From contig JACQON010000028.1 of assembly GCA_016202545.1 (NCBI GenBank), positions 56,476 through 120,475 of the forward strand: a stretch of DNA of 64,000 nucleotides, written 5' to 3'. Positions within the stretch are counted from its first letter, which is position 1, and each line of letters begins with the position of its first letter. The DNA is from Chloroflexota bacterium. GTDB lineage: Bacteria; Chloroflexota; Dehalococcoidia; Dehalococcoidales; JACQON01. Both the position numbers and the translations under genes were made by a program. Shown piece after piece: positions 38,295-48,965 of the stretch. The notes below the pieces were generated by a model. The model saw only the letters and a program-made list of their open reading frames with translations. It had not been told where the DNA came from and did not search any database.

Positions 38295-39227
38295 CTAACT
38301 ACCACCGTAGGAGTCCAGTATGCTTTTGCCCCGCTTCACATCATCCGCCATCTGTTTCTTGAGCGCCTCCACGTTGTCAAACCGTTTCTCGCTGCGAAGC
38401 CGTTCCACGATGTCAATCCTCATATCACGTCCGTACAGGTTGCCATCGAAGTCGAGGAGATAAACCTCCACAGTGCGCTGGCTGCCATTGAAAGTCGGGC
38501 GCTTGCCGATGTTGGTCACCGACTGGTATACCTTGTCGTCGACATGGGCCCAGGTGGCATAAATGCCATCGGCGGGAAGAGCCTGTTTCCGGTCTGTATC
38601 GAGATTGGCGGTGGGGAAGCCCAGCTTCATGCCGCGGCCCTCCCCGGCGACGACCCGCCCGTGCAGGCTGAAGGGACGGCCGGTCAGGGCAATCACCTTC
38701 TTCATATTTCCTTCGGCCAGGGCACGCCTGATGGCGGTGCTGCTGACTACCTCACCGCCCATGATTACGGGCGGGACCACGGTAACGCTGAAGTCCATCT
38801 CCTGCCCCAGTTTTCGCAGCGTATTGATATCTCCTTCTCTGCCCTGGCCCAGGGCAAAGTCAGGCCCAACCACCAGCCCGCGCATTCTGAGGTGCTTCCT
38901 GAGGAGAGTGATAAACTGGCGAACGCCGAGCTGTGCCAGCTCAGGGGTAAACGACAGAACAACCACAACTTCAACGCCTTCGTTTTGAAGAAGTCTGGCC
39001 CTCTGGTCGAGGTCGCTCAGAAATGACAGCCTGGTTTGCGGTGATAGCACCTCCTGAGGGTGCTGCCGGAAGGTCACCACGCCGCTGAGCAGGTCCCGTT
39101 GCCTGGCAAGCTCTTTCAGTTGTGACAGCAGGTGCTTGTGACCGAGGTGGACGCCATCGAAAACGCCGACAGTCAGCAATGTGTCCCTGTCAGGAGATAC
39201 GGCGGCCAACTCTTCCTCTACCTGCAC
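38295..39227 (-). CDS. ribF: Bifunctional riboflavin kinase/FAD synthetase
   Basis: 'GVFDGVHLGH', 'VSSTAIR', 'GFPTAN'; true start is likely the GTG at 39227. Confidence 0.94.
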   Translation of the reverse strand: MQVEEELAAVSPDRDTLLTVGVFDGVHLGHKHLLSQLKELARQRDLLSGVVTFRQHPQEVLSPQTRLSFLSDLDQRARLLQNEGVEVVVVLSFTPELAQLGVRQFITLLRKHLRMRGLVVGPDFALGQGREGDINTLRKLGQEMDFSVTVVPPVIMGGEVVSSTAIRRALAEGNMKKVIALTGRPFSLHGRVVAGEGRGMKLGFPTANLDTDRKQALPADGIYATWAHVDDKVYQSVTNIGKRPTFNGSQRTVEVYLLDFDGNLYGRDMRIDIVERLRSEKRFDNVEALKKQMADDVKRGKSILDSYGGS

Positions 39228-39361
39228 GAAGTTTCCCTCATCAAGCCTGAAGCGCGGCAACGGACGGCCAAGAAAAACAGAGCCTGAGACCCCGTCAAAC
39301 ATGTCGGCGAATTTGTTTTTAATATTAACATAAGTCTGTCTGAGCGTCAAACAGCGCGCTA

Positions 39362-39578
39362 GAGATTGTTTACGAACAGTGGTCATTGCGAGGGCTTCAG
39401 CCTTCAGACCGAGCTTCAGTCCGAGGCCCGAGTTCAGCGTTCGACTGAGCTCACGCCGAAGTCCCGAGGGCGAAGCCCGAAGCAATCTCAACCGCTCCTC
39501 TGTGCCGATTCAGAGATTGCTTCGCTACGCTTGCAATGACAGACTGAACCTCTGCCTGGTGAATTGCTAAACAATCTC
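39362..39578. mobile_element. MITE-like element, family A, full copy with nested REP-like hairpins
   Basis: Terminal IR GAGATTGTTT/AAACAATCTC; inner IR GTCATTGCGAG/CTTGCAATGAC; flanks GCGCTA/GTGCTA. Confidence 0.82.
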
Positions 39579-39632
39579 GTGCTACTGATTGGGCGGAGAA
39601 GTCCGAGATATGGAGCTAAATCTAGACTCTTG

Positions 39633-39660
39633 AAAAACTAAACGCCCTCGATAAAGGGCG
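39633..39660 (-). terminator. Rho-independent terminator after the DUF4445 gene
   Basis: Minus strand reads CGCCCT-TTATCG-AGGGCG then TTTAGTTTTT. Confidence 0.6.
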
Positions 39661-39679
39661 GGAGGTGGATGAACAGTCC

Positions 39680-41593
39680 CTAGTAATGTACCGAGGGAAA
39701 GAGCTTGCTGTCGGTGTGGGGCAGGAAGAGTGCGGCGATGAATTCGCTCATGAACGGCGGGTAGTTGGAAAGCTCGATGTTGGTCATTCTCCGGGATATG
39801 CTTTTGGCCGCTTCAAAGGCGGCGCTGGACAGCAGGGCCATGCGGGCGCCGGCGACGGAGCTATTACCGATGAAATGTATCTTATGAAGGTCTATATCGG
39901 GCAGCAGGCCGATAGCGATGGCCTTCCTGGCATCCAGAGAGCTGCCGAAGCCGCCGGCGAGGTAAATCGCCTCCAGTTGATTGAAGCTCATGCCGATGTA
40001 GTCCATCAGGGACTTCAGAGCGGCGAAGACGGCGCCCTTGGACTTGATGAGGTTGCTGATGTCCGTCTCAGCGATGGTAACCGCCTGTCCTGTCTCTGTT
40101 TGTTCGGGGTAGACCAGTATGAACTCGGTGTCGCCATCACCAGTAACTATTCGCTCGTTACTGGTGATGGGGTTGAATTTCCCATCCTGGTCTATTATCC
40201 TGTTCCTGGCCAACTCATAGATGACGTCAATCAGGCCGGAGCCGCAGATTCCTCTCGGCTTGGATTTGGAGATGGTCTTGTATGTGACCTGACCGTCCTT
40301 TATCTCTATCTTCTCTATCGCCCCCCTGGTGGCGTGCATACCCCACTTGATGCCGCCGCCTTCGAAGGCCGGGCCGGCGGAGGCCGAGCAGCAGACAATC
40401 CATTCGTTATTGCCCACGGCGATTTCCCCGTTGGTGCCGACGTCAATCAGGCAGGTAACCTCCGTCCTATCGGCTAGGCCGCAGGTGAGGATGCCGGCCA
40501 CGATATCGCCGCCCATGTAGCTGGCCACGCTGGGCATTATCTCTACAGCGCCATTGGGATTTATGTTGATGCCGATTTCCCTGGCCAGTATCTGGGGATA
40601 GATGGCGGCGGTGGGCACGTATGGCTCCATCCTGATAGAGCACGGCGTCAGGTTCAACAGGAAGTGGCTCATGGTGGTATTCCCGGCGCAAACAGCGCAG
40701 TTGATGTCTTCCAGTTTGACGCCGTTTTCTCTGGCCAGTGCCCGGGTGAGGGCATTGATATTGGCTACTACTGCCTCATTGAGGGTCTTGAGGGAGCCGC
40801 GGGTGCAGGCAAAGACCATCCGGGATATAACGTCCTCTCCGTAGCGGGCCTGGAGGTTGTGGCTAGCCTCTACGCCCAGCACTTTACCTGTTTTAAGGTG
40901 GACTAGCTGTACTACTACCGTGGTCGTACCGATGTCAATGGCCAGGCCGTAGTTTTGCTCGCTGGTGTCGCCACCTTCTATCTGGAGCAGACGGCCGATG
41001 CTGTCGTGCCTGGCCACGGTGGCGGTGACTTTCCATTGATGCTGGCGCAGGTTGTCTGACAGGTTTTGCAGGCAGCCCAGGGATATCTCGAATGATGAGA
41101 AAGCGAGCTTCTTTTTCAGCTCCCTGGTAATCCGGTCTATATCGGAGATATTGTCTTTCATGGTTGGCGGCGGCAGCTCGAGGTATACCTTGGTGACCGG
41201 TGGCTCGAATGGGTACATTGGCTGGCGTGATGTCCTGTGGACGGAGACCTTCTCCGGCTCACTATAGGCCAGAGTGCCTTCGGTGATGATTTTTTCCATC
41301 TCCAGGCGTGACCTGGCAGGCACCATCACTTCGAGGTTGTCTTCCACTTTGGTCTGACAGGCGAGGACGTAACCCTTCTGTATTTCCTCAACCGAGAAGA
41401 AGCCAATGGCGTATTTATCAGCCTTGGCGTTTCCGCTGAGCACCTGAAGGCGGCACTCTCCGCACAGACCCTGTCCGCCGCACATGCTGTTAATGTATAC
41501 TTCCGCTTTTTCAGCGGCATCAAACAGGGTAGTGCCTTCCTCTACTTTTACTTCCTTTCGGTCAGGTAAAAAGGTAACTTTATATTCCCGCAT
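39680..41593 (-). CDS. ATP-dependent reductive activator of corrinoid proteins (RACo/AcsV, DUF4445)
   Basis: N-terminal CGGQGLCGEC 2Fe-2S, ASKHA 'DIGTT', 'DVGTNGE', 'AGPAFEG', 'GICGSG'. Confidence 0.92.
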   Translation of the reverse strand: MREYKVTFLPDRKEVKVEEGTTLFDAAEKAEVYINSMCGGQGLCGECRLQVLSGNAKADKYAIGFFSVEEIQKGYVLACQTKVEDNLEVMVPARSRLEMEKIITEGTLAYSEPEKVSVHRTSRQPMYPFEPPVTKVYLELPPPTMKDNISDIDRITRELKKKLAFSSFEISLGCLQNLSDNLRQHQWKVTATVARHDSIGRLLQIEGGDTSEQNYGLAIDIGTTTVVVQLVHLKTGKVLGVEASHNLQARYGEDVISRMVFACTRGSLKTLNEAVVANINALTRALARENGVKLEDINCAVCAGNTTMSHFLLNLTPCSIRMEPYVPTAAIYPQILAREIGININPNGAVEIMPSVASYMGGDIVAGILTCGLADRTEVTCLIDVGTNGEIAVGNNEWIVCCSASAGPAFEGGGIKWGMHATRGAIEKIEIKDGQVTYKTISKSKPRGICGSGLIDVIYELARNRIIDQDGKFNPITSNERIVTGDGDTEFILVYPEQTETGQAVTIAETDISNLIKSKGAVFAALKSLMDYIGMSFNQLEAIYLAGGFGSSLDARKAIAIGLLPDIDLHKIHFIGNSSVAGARMALLSSAAFEAAKSISRRMTNIELSNYPPFMSEFIAALFLPHTDSKLFPSVHY

Positions 41594-41602
41594 ACCGTTT
41601 CC

Positions 41603-41898
41603 CTAGTGTACTGTCAGGTTAACTACTGAATCGATTACTGCTTCAGCACACATTGCCCTTTACTGACGACCTCATCCCCTTTTCACTCTGACGATTCACT
41701 CTGACGAGTAATCGGAACGAGTATCTCCTTCTCCTACTCAGGAGAAGGAGATGAGATTATAGAGAGGGGGCGCAGCCCCCTCTCTTCTACTTAACACATG
41801 TCTAACCCGTTCATGCTGAGCTTGTTGAAGCATGTTGTCCTTCGACTGGCTCAGGGCGAGCGGGCATTGTAAACCCGTTATTGGGACACTACACTGGC
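41603..41898. repeat. Family B element, copy 2, with an extra REP-like hairpin at 41806-41864
   Basis: Similar to 36768-36915; short duplication TTCACTCTGACGA x2; CCCGTTCATGCTGAGC...GCTCAGGGCGAGCGGG. Confidence 0.75.
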
Positions 41899-41963
41899 TA
41901 CGGTGCCGCCAGTTGTCTGTAATATATTTCCAGCATTGCCCGGTCCCCGAAGCGTTCGACACT

Positions 41964-42197
41964 TTACTTATGTGTCTTCTTGACGTAGACCTTGATTTCC
42001 TTATCCGCCTCTTCTATGCCCAGGAACTGGTGTCCGGTGGCCTTGCACCACGCAGGCATGTCCTGCTTTATCCCTTTGTCATCAGCCACTATCTCCAGCA
42101 CCTCTCCCACCTCTAAGTCCTTGACCTTTTCAGCCGTTTTCACGATGGGCATCGGGCAATACAGGCCCATGCAATCCAAGCTGTAATCTGACTTCAT
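41964..42197 (-). CDS. tusA: TusA-family sulfur carrier
   Basis: 'LDCMGLYCPMP'. Confidence 0.92.
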   Translation of the reverse strand: MKSDYSLDCMGLYCPMPIVKTAEKVKDLEVGEVLEIVADDKGIKQDMPAWCKATGHQFLGIEEADKEIKVYVKKTHK

Positions 42198-42233
42198 ATT
42201 CCTCTCCTCGGTCTGTCAATGGCAAAAATTTGC

Positions 42234-42722
42234 TCAGATAAAAAGCACCACCTTCGATTCACTCGCCTCACCGAGAAAGTAAGCAGCGCCGGCTAAAGTT
42301 GTTACTTCACTGCGGAAAGTCTCCAGCTCCGGGGCAATCCCCATAACGCCGCAGGTGGTAGTGCAGGCGATGATATTTACCCCCATCTGGTTAGCCAGCG
42401 CGATGAACTCATCGATTGAGGGCATGTTAGTCTTCTTCATCAGCTTTTTCATCATCCAGGTACCCAGCCCAAACATGTTAAACCGGGAAAGCTTTAGCCT
42501 CTTGGAGCCGCCGCGGTTCATCATATTGAGCATCTTCTGCATCAGCCCGCTGCTCTTGATGCCGCCCTGGTTCTTCTTGATGATGTCCAGTCCCCAGAAG
42601 GTGAAGAACATGTTCACCTGCATTCCCATGCTGGCTCCAGTAGTAGCCAGCATAAAGGCGGCCAGGGCCCGCTCCAAGTCCCCACTCAAGATGGCCATGG
42701 TCAGCTTTTCTTTCTCTGCCAT
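42234..42722 (-). CDS. DsrE/DsrF/DrsH-like (DsrE2) sulfur relay protein
   Basis: 'MFFTFWGL', 'IACTTT..VMG'. Confidence 0.88.
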   Translation of the reverse strand: MAEKEKLTMAILSGDLERALAAFMLATTGASMGMQVNMFFTFWGLDIIKKNQGGIKSSGLMQKMLNMMNRGGSKRLKLSRFNMFGLGTWMMKKLMKKTNMPSIDEFIALANQMGVNIIACTTTCGVMGIAPELETFRSEVTTLAGAAYFLGEASESKVVLFI

Positions 42723-42744
42723 TTCGTGTTACCTCCTCGCCGTG

Positions 42745-42936
42745 TCAGCCCTTGATTTTGGCCCCGCAGTTGGGACACGTCTTCTTATCCCTGGGAATGG
42801 GCTTACGGCACTTGGGACAGTAGAATATGGTCACCTCGCAGGCATCACAGTAGGGCCATGATTCCTTTTCTATCTCTTCATCACAATAAGGGCAGAAAAG
42901 GGACTTCTCTTCTATTTCATGCTTGATTTTCCCCAT
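42745..42936 (-). CDS. Double zinc-ribbon protein
   Basis: Four CxxC pairs in 63 aa; GGAG RBS. Confidence 0.75.
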   Translation of the reverse strand: MGKIKHEIEEKSLFCPYCDEEIEKESWPYCDACEVTIFYCPKCRKPIPRDKKTCPNCGAKIKG

Positions 42937-43325
42937 TATTTATCTCCTCCCGCCTTCTTCTTGCCCAGGTAGTCTTTTATGGCTCTGGTCAGAGCCTGAG
43001 CACCCAGATTGGAGCAGTGGAACTTGTTCTTGGGCAGACCTCCCAATTCCTCGGCCACTATTTTGGGAGTAATCTTCAGCGCCTCTTCCAGCGTCTTGCC
43101 CTTGGCCATTTCGCTGACCATGCTGGAGACGGCAATAGCGGCGCCGCAACCAAAGGTCTTGAACTTGACATCTTCAAGGCGGTTATCCTTGACCTTGATA
43201 TAGAAGGTCATCATATCTCCGCAGACCGGGTTGCCCTCTTCCCCGATGCCATCCGGGTTCTCAATCTCCCCCACGTTGCGGGGGTTCATGAAATGGTCCA
43301 TTACCTGCTGGCTATAAACCGGCAT
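42936..43325 (-). CDS. iscU: Fe-S scaffold protein IscU/NifU-N
   Basis: '[10 protein letters not shown]', 'CGD', 'FGCG', 'KFHCSNL'. Confidence 0.94.
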   Translation of the reverse strand: MPVYSQQVMDHFMNPRNVGEIENPDGIGEEGNPVCGDMMTFYIKVKDNRLEDVKFKTFGCGAAIAVSSMVSEMAKGKTLEEALKITPKIVAEELGGLPKNKFHCSNLGAQALTRAIKDYLGKKKAGGDK

Positions 43326-44526
43326 GCTTGCCTCCTTTGCTGGTTCGAGTGAATTTGGAGTATAGTGGTGACATCTGCCGCAGTCGGTCCACAATCGAGG
43401 GCATCGCATCAACGACATAGTCAATCTCTTCATCGGTATTGGCAATGCCGACGCTGAACAGGATTGAGCCCTGGGCCAGCTCATGGGGTAGCCCCATGGC
43501 GAGAAGGACATGGGACGCCTTGAGCGCCTTTGAGGTGCAGGCCGAGCCGCTGGTGACGGCTATCCCCCGGCTGTTCAGCATCATCAGTACCGATTCGCCT
43601 TCAATAAACTCCACGCAGAAGCTGGCATTTCCGGGTAAACGATGCTCAGTATGCCCGGTGACCACCATGCGCTCAACCCTGGCTGGCAATTCTATTAGCA
43701 GCCGGTCACGCAGATGATTGACGTGTTCAATCCTGGTGACCATATGCCTGGCGGCCAGCTCGGCTGCCTTGCCCAGGCCGACTATGCCGGGGACATTTTC
43801 AGTGCCGGCGCGGCGACCTCCCTCTTGCACCCCACCGTCAAGGAGGGGGATGAGGCGCACTCCCTTTCGCACCCAGAGAGCGCCTACTCCCTTGGGGCCG
43901 TAAAACTGGTTTCCCGCCAGGCTCAGGCTATCTACCCCCAGCTCCCTGACATCCACGGGTATAGTTCCGGCGGTGGCCACGGCGTCAGTGTGGAAGACCA
44001 CGCCCTTTTCCCTGGTGACTCTGGCTATCTCCGCTATCGGCTCTATGGTGCCCACTTCACTATTGGCGTGCATTACGGATACCAGCACGGTGTCTTTCCT
44101 GATGCTGCGCCGCACATCTTCCGGGTCAACCACTCCGTACCTGTCCACCGGCACCTCGGTCAGCTCAAAGCCCCACTTCTCCAGGGTCCTGGCTGAGTGC
44201 AGCACAGAGAAATGCTCGATGGCAGATGTCACCACGTGCTTGCCCTTGTTCTGCTGCGCCAGCGCCAGCCCTTTGATGGCCAGGTTGTTGCTTTCGGTAC
44301 CGCTCCCGGTAAACATTATCTCCTCTGGAGCGGCGCCGATAAGCTGGGCCACCTGGTCGCGGGCAGCATCTATCGCTTCCCGTGCTCTGTCTCCCCAGTC
44401 ATGAAGACAGGAAGGATTGCCGAAGGCTTCGCCAAAATAGGGAAGCATCGCCTCAAGTACCTCGGGGAGGAGAGGCGTGGTAGCGGCATTGTCCAGATAT
44501 ACTTTTGTTATGGTGCTATCCCCCAT
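43312..44526 (-). CDS. iscS: Cysteine desulfurase (IscS/NifS), copy 2
   Basis: 'YLDNAATT', 'SGSACTS'; the PLP-lysine motif reads '[10 protein letters not shown]'. Confidence 0.88.
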   Translation of the reverse strand: MGDSTITKVYLDNAATTPLLPEVLEAMLPYFGEAFGNPSCLHDWGDRAREAIDAARDQVAQLIGAAPEEIMFTGSGTESNNLAIKGLALAQQNKGKHVVTSAIEHFSVLHSARTLEKWGFELTEVPVDRYGVVDPEDVRRSIRKDTVLVSVMHANSEVGTIEPIAEIARVTREKGVVFHTDAVATAGTIPVDVRELGVDSLSLAGNQFYGPKGVGALWVRKGVRLIPLLDGGVQEGGRRAGTENVPGIVGLGKAAELAARHMVTRIEHVNHLRDRLLIELPARVERMVVTGHTEHRLPGNASFCVEFIEGESVLMMLNSRGIAVTSGSACTSKALKASHVLLAMGLPHELAQGSILFSVGIANTDEEIDYVVDAMPSIVDRLRQMSPLYSKFTRTSKGGKHAGL

Positions 44527-44607
44527 AACCCCCTCCTTTAGCTGGTTCAGTCAGCCAGGCTAATTTTAGGCCTGGAGACCGTTCCTGTCTGTGACTTTAG
44601 TCGCACT

Positions 44608-45201
44608 TCAGCCTGCGCCCTGGCGCTTTCCGGTGCGTTTCTGGCTGTGCCCCTGTGACGGGGCCTCTGCTGCCTGTTTCCTCATCTTTTTGCTCAGCTC
44701 GCTTCGCAGCGTCCGCAGGAGTTTCTGCTCACTTTGGGCATGGATAGTAAACAGCTTGTGGGTGTGGGTTATATAGGCTCGAATGTCATGTGCGCTGGCA
44801 TCCCAGACAGGGCGGGACAGTTTGCCACCCATCAGCTCGGCTACTTGCCTTTTGGCATGGGTAAAGCGCTTTCTAATTGCCTCGTGGTCAGCGAGCAGGG
44901 TGCGCAGGGCTGCAATTAGAGCCCGACCTCCATGCTTTTCAAAAGCGGCCAGGAGTGCCGTCTCCTCACGGTTGAAGTGCGCCTCAACTCCATGGTCAAT
45001 GACCTCCAGTGCCCCTTCCAGCTTTTCCAGACCCTTTCCTTGGTCAAACCTTCCCGGCATGAAGGTTTCTTTGGCGGTATCCAGGGCCATCAGGGCGCTG
45101 GCGTCATTGGCTATCTGTCCCGCGGAACGAAGCTGGCCAAGGATTATCTTGTGCTCCTGTATGATTTTGTCTATCAGGTCGATAACCTCTTGCATGTTCA
45201 C
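44608..45201 (-). CDS. Hemerythrin/HHE-domain protein
   Basis: 'EH', 'HFNREE', 'DHE', 'HAQSE' motifs. Confidence 0.7.
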   Translation of the reverse strand: MNMQEVIDLIDKIIQEHKIILGQLRSAGQIANDASALMALDTAKETFMPGRFDQGKGLEKLEGALEVIDHGVEAHFNREETALLAAFEKHGGRALIAALRTLLADHEAIRKRFTHAKRQVAELMGGKLSRPVWDASAHDIRAYITHTHKLFTIHAQSEQKLLRTLRSELSKKMRKQAAEAPSQGHSQKRTGKRQGAG

Positions 45202-45230
45202 CTCAATATGCTGGCGGCTTCTGTGCCTGC

Positions 45231-45440
45231 TCAGGGGTATTGCTGATTTCCCTCATCATCCTCGATGATTATGGCATTATACGGGCAGCTTTCGGCGGCC
45301 TCCATCAGAGTCTGGTCGTTAGCCGGGGCAGGCTCCAGGACGATGGCCTTATTTTCGTCGTCAAGCGCGAAAACGGTCGGCGCTATAGCCACGCAGTTGC
45401 CCAGCCCCTGGCACAATCCTCTATCCACCTTCGCTTTCAA
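45231..45440 (-). CDS. Monocluster ferredoxin ([3Fe-4S] type)
   Basis: CQGLGNC...CP. Confidence 0.88.
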   Translation of the reverse strand: MKAKVDRGLCQGLGNCVAIAPTVFALDDENKAIVLEPAPANDQTLMEAAESCPYNAIIIEDDEGNQQYP

Positions 45441-45479
45441 GCCAACCTCGCTGCTGAGCTGTCTTCCATATGTATTTTA

Positions 45480-46433
45480 TCACAAAGCTACTCTCCTGCT
45501 CATATCGGGCGGTTGTCCCATCCCCACCTCCAGCATTTTGTCCACGGCCGCCTTTGCATTGAGGCGAATTGCCTCCGGCACCTTGACCTCGGTGGCCATG
45601 TCTTCCAGCGCCCACAGCACCTTTTCCAGGGTGATTAGCTTCATGTTGGGACAGACGGCACGCTTGGAAGCCGGGAAGAATTTCTTACCCGGGTTCTCTT
45701 TGCTCAGGCGGTGGAGGATACCGATTTCAGTGCCGATGATAAGCTCTGTGGCCTCGGTCTGCCTGGCGAAGCGGCACATACCCCCGGTGCCCATTACTTC
45801 GTCGGCGATGGCGGTTACCTCTGGCCGGCATTCGGGGTGGACGACCACCTTGGCCGCCGGATGCTCCTTTTTCACCGCCATGATATCTTCAGGGCGTATC
45901 TTGACATGGGTAGGGCAAAATCCAGGCCATAATGTCAGTTTCCTGTTGGTCTTGCTGGCCACCCAGTGGCCGAGATACTGGTCGGGAATGAACAGGATGT
46001 CGTCGCTGTCCAGGCTTTGCACGATTTTGACGGCATTAGCCGAGGTACAGCAAATGTCTGATTCCGCCTTTACCTCGGCCAGAGAGTTGACATAACAGAC
46101 AACAGCGGCGCCCGGCATCTCCGCCTTTTTCCTCCTCAGCTCCTCGCCGGTGATCATATTGGCCATGGGGCAGCCGGCGTTTTTATCTGGAAGCAGGACT
46201 TTTTTATCCGGGCAGAGGATGGAGGCGGTCTCAGCCATGAAGTGCACCCCGCAAAATACGATGACCTCGGCATCTGTTTTGGCGGCACTCTGGCTCAGCT
46301 CGAGAGAATCACCGACAAAATCGGCAATATCCTGGACCTCGGCTATCTGGTAGTTGTGCGCCAGGATAACCGCCTTTCTTTCCTGTTTCAGGCGCAGGAC
46401 CCGCTCATTTAGCTCGGCGTCATTGGGCGTCAT
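45480..46433 (-). CDS. nadA: Quinolinate synthase
   Basis: 'LAHNYQ', 'FCGVHFMAE', 'YVNS', 'HPEC'. Confidence 0.96.
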   Translation of the reverse strand: MTPNDAELNERVLRLKQERKAVILAHNYQIAEVQDIADFVGDSLELSQSAAKTDAEVIVFCGVHFMAETASILCPDKKVLLPDKNAGCPMANMITGEELRRKKAEMPGAAVVCYVNSLAEVKAESDICCTSANAVKIVQSLDSDDILFIPDQYLGHWVASKTNRKLTLWPGFCPTHVKIRPEDIMAVKKEHPAAKVVVHPECRPEVTAIADEVMGTGGMCRFARQTEATELIIGTEIGILHRLSKENPGKKFFPASKRAVCPNMKLITLEKVLWALEDMATEVKVPEAIRLNAKAAVDKMLEVGMGQPPDMSRRVAL

Positions 46434-46458
46434 CAGCTATCCTCATGTATCAATGTGA

Positions 46459-47625
46459 CTATTTCTGGCTCTTGATAAGCGGTGACATGGCTCTAAGCTT
46501 GGCCACCACCTTTGGCAATACCTCCAGCACCCGGCTGACGTCCTCGTCGGTAGTCCACTTCCCCAGGGTGAACCTGAGCGAACCGAAGGCCTGCTCGCGG
46601 TGCGTGCCTATCGCTACCAGGACGTGGGAAGGCTCATTGCTGGCCAGGCTGCAGGCGGAGCCGGTGGAAACATAGATGCCCTCCAGGTCGAGGTTGAGGC
46701 ACATGGATTCTCCCTCAATGAAGCTGAAGCTGACGTTGACGTTCCCGGGCAGGCGCTGTGTGGGGTGGCCGTTCAGGCTAGCGTCGGGGGCCGTTTCCAG
46801 GATGCCTCTGGCGAGCCTGTCGCGGAGCCGGGTCAGCCGGGTTGCTTCCTCCGCCATCTCCTGGCGGGCAATTTCGGCGGCCTTGCCCAAGCCGACGATG
46901 CCGGGCACGTTCTCGGTGCCCGCCCGCCGCCGTCTCTCTTGCTCTCCTCCATGCATGAAGGGGGCCAGCTTTGTCCCTCTCCGGATGTAAAGCGCACCCA
47001 CTCCCTTGGGACCGTATAGCTTGTGTGCTGACATGGCGACCAGCTCCACACCCAGTTGGTTCACGTTCACCGGGATGTGGCCGGCGGTCTGCACGGCATC
47101 GGTGTGGAAGCAGATTCCCGCTTCCCTGGTTATCTTGCCTATCTCAGCGATGGGCTGTATGGTGCCTATCTCGTTATTAGCGTGCATGATTGAGACCAGG
47201 ATTGTCTGCCTGGTGATGGCCTTTTTAACGTCATCTGGGTCAACCAGTCCGTTGCTGTCTACCGGCAGGTAGGTTACCTTGAACCCCCGTGTCTTCAGAA
47301 ACCTGGCGGTCTCCAGCACCGCATGGTGCTCGATGGCACTGGTGATAATGTGGTCTCCCTGTTCCCGGTTGGCCAGGGCCACTCCTATCAAGGCGAAGTT
47401 GTCCGCTTCAGTGCCGCCGCTGGTAAAGACGACCTCCTCATCACGCGCGCCGATGAGGCCGGCTACTTTGCCTCTGGCCTCCTCAACCGCTGCCCTTGCT
47501 TCCTGGCCGAGGGCGTAAATGGCGGAGGGATTGCCGTACATCTCACTGAAGTAGGGTAGCATGGTATTAACCACTTCGGGGTGTGCCGGCGTGGTGGCTG
47601 CGTAGTCAAGATATATCTGCTTCAT
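46459..47625 (-). CDS. iscS: Cysteine desulfurase (IscS/NifS), copy 1
   Basis: 'YLDYAATTP', '[10 protein letters not shown]', 'STGSACS'. Confidence 0.94.
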   Translation of the reverse strand: MKQIYLDYAATTPAHPEVVNTMLPYFSEMYGNPSAIYALGQEARAAVEEARGKVAGLIGARDEEVVFTSGGTEADNFALIGVALANREQGDHIITSAIEHHAVLETARFLKTRGFKVTYLPVDSNGLVDPDDVKKAITRQTILVSIMHANNEIGTIQPIAEIGKITREAGICFHTDAVQTAGHIPVNVNQLGVELVAMSAHKLYGPKGVGALYIRRGTKLAPFMHGGEQERRRRAGTENVPGIVGLGKAAEIARQEMAEEATRLTRLRDRLARGILETAPDASLNGHPTQRLPGNVNVSFSFIEGESMCLNLDLEGIYVSTGSACSLASNEPSHVLVAIGTHREQAFGSLRFTLGKWTTDEDVSRVLEVLPKVVAKLRAMSPLIKSQK

Positions 47626-47647
47626 GGTTGTCCTCCGTAAAATCGTC

Positions 47648-48649
47648 TCACTCCGTGCCCGGCTTTATCGTCGCTATCCCCCTGACCAGCACTATTCCGC
47701 GCGAGGTAGCCGCCAGGACCTGCTCGGTCACGTTGCTGAATACCCAGCGACTGATGGGCAGCCCGGATAGCCAGTTGGGCGCAGCGCTATAGCCGCGCGT
47801 GGTCATGGCTACCAGGTCGCAGCGATTATCCCGTATGTAGCTGATAATCTGCTCGGAGGCGTTGCCCAGCATGGCCTCACAGGTGACCTTCACTCCCTGT
47901 CCTTCGAGACGTTTTTTTACCGTTCCCAGGTAGAGGCTGCACTGGGCCTGATAGTGGGTATTCATGCGCTTCAAGTGCTCGTCCCAGCTTACCGCCATCT
48001 TTGACTCCGGATAGTCGGCAGTGACCAGTGGCTGCTCGCAGACCCGCAGCAGGACCAGCTCGGCATCAAATAGCCTGGCATATGCCACGGCATAGGGCAG
48101 CACTTTCTCGGCTCTCTCGGAGCCGCCCAGGGGGACGAGCACCCTCTTTGGTGGCCATTCGGCGCACCTTATTTCATCGGGACCAAGGGTTCTTATCAGC
48201 CAGACCGGGATGAGTGAGTTCCTCACCACCCGGTTGGCTATGTCACTCATGACCGGATGCACCAGGCCGGTTCGGCCGTGGCTGGCCATAAGGATTATGC
48301 TGACCTTTTTATCTGCGGCGTAGCGCACAATCTCTTCCGCCGGCTCGCCTTTGACCAGCGCCGGCATGGCGGTGGCGCTTACGCCTTCAAAGCGGCACTG
48401 CACCGTTTCGCATATCCGGGAAATATCATGCTGGACGGACTGGGCCGCCTGCTGGATATAAGCAGCGTGCAGCCGTTCGTGCTCGGATTCTTCAGGCCGG
48501 TACACGTGGAGCAGCGTCAGCGCCGCTCCCGACCTCACGGCGAGGTTTTTGGCCAGCTCAAGTACGCTCTCGGCTGCCTCTGACCCGTCCAGCGGCACCA
48601 GTATTGTGCGATAGACCCTCTCCTCTTTGCTGCGTATCCTGTCGTTCAC
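47648..48649 (-). CDS. Tandem universal stress protein
   Basis: Two USP domains; GTG start after AGGAG. Confidence 0.85.
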   Translation of the reverse strand: MNDRIRSKEERVYRTILVPLDGSEAAESVLELAKNLAVRSGAALTLLHVYRPEESEHERLHAAYIQQAAQSVQHDISRICETVQCRFEGVSATAMPALVKGEPAEEIVRYAADKKVSIILMASHGRTGLVHPVMSDIANRVVRNSLIPVWLIRTLGPDEIRCAEWPPKRVLVPLGGSERAEKVLPYAVAYARLFDAELVLLRVCEQPLVTADYPESKMAVSWDEHLKRMNTHYQAQCSLYLGTVKKRLEGQGVKVTCEAMLGNASEQIISYIRDNRCDLVAMTTRGYSAAPNWLSGLPISRWVFSNVTEQVLAATSRGIVLVRGIATIKPGTE

Positions 48650-48668
48650 TGCCTGACTCCTTGTCCTG

Positions 48669-48911
48669 TCATCCCTCCACGATATCGCCGACAACCGGGT
48701 CCACCCGTACTCCTTTGCCGGTCACCCAGGCGATGCTTCGCTCGATTTCACTTTCGTCCCCCTCCAGCTCCAGCACCACCCAGCCCTTGTTTTCCGAAAT
48801 ATCAGCCCGGCGGATATTGGTCACCACTTTGAACCGCTGGCTGAGGTTGTAGATGATGGGCTCCGTAATCAGGTCCTGGGGGAAGGTGAACATTATTTGT
48901 TTCTTGGCCAT
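48669..48911 (-). CDS. NIL-domain protein
   Basis: 'EPIIY', 'TNIRRA', 'GWVVLELEG'. Confidence 0.85.
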   Translation of the reverse strand: MAKKQIMFTFPQDLITEPIIYNLSQRFKVVTNIRRADISENKGWVVLELEGDESEIERSIAWVTGKGVRVDPVVGDIVEG

Positions 48912-48965
48912 GGTGTCCTCCCTGTATCTTCCTAGTATCGGCATAGCCGGGAAGGCTCGCCAGCT

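Noticed and set aside
38295-39491. 398-aa ORF suggesting an N-terminally extended RibF
   Set aside because: The extension runs through intergenic DNA and the family A repeat; RibF homology starts near the GTG at 39227
41964-45440. Selenocysteine read-through in the small redox and sulfur genes
   Set aside because: The ORFs look complete with Cys at the expected positions; no in-frame TGA needing recoding was seen
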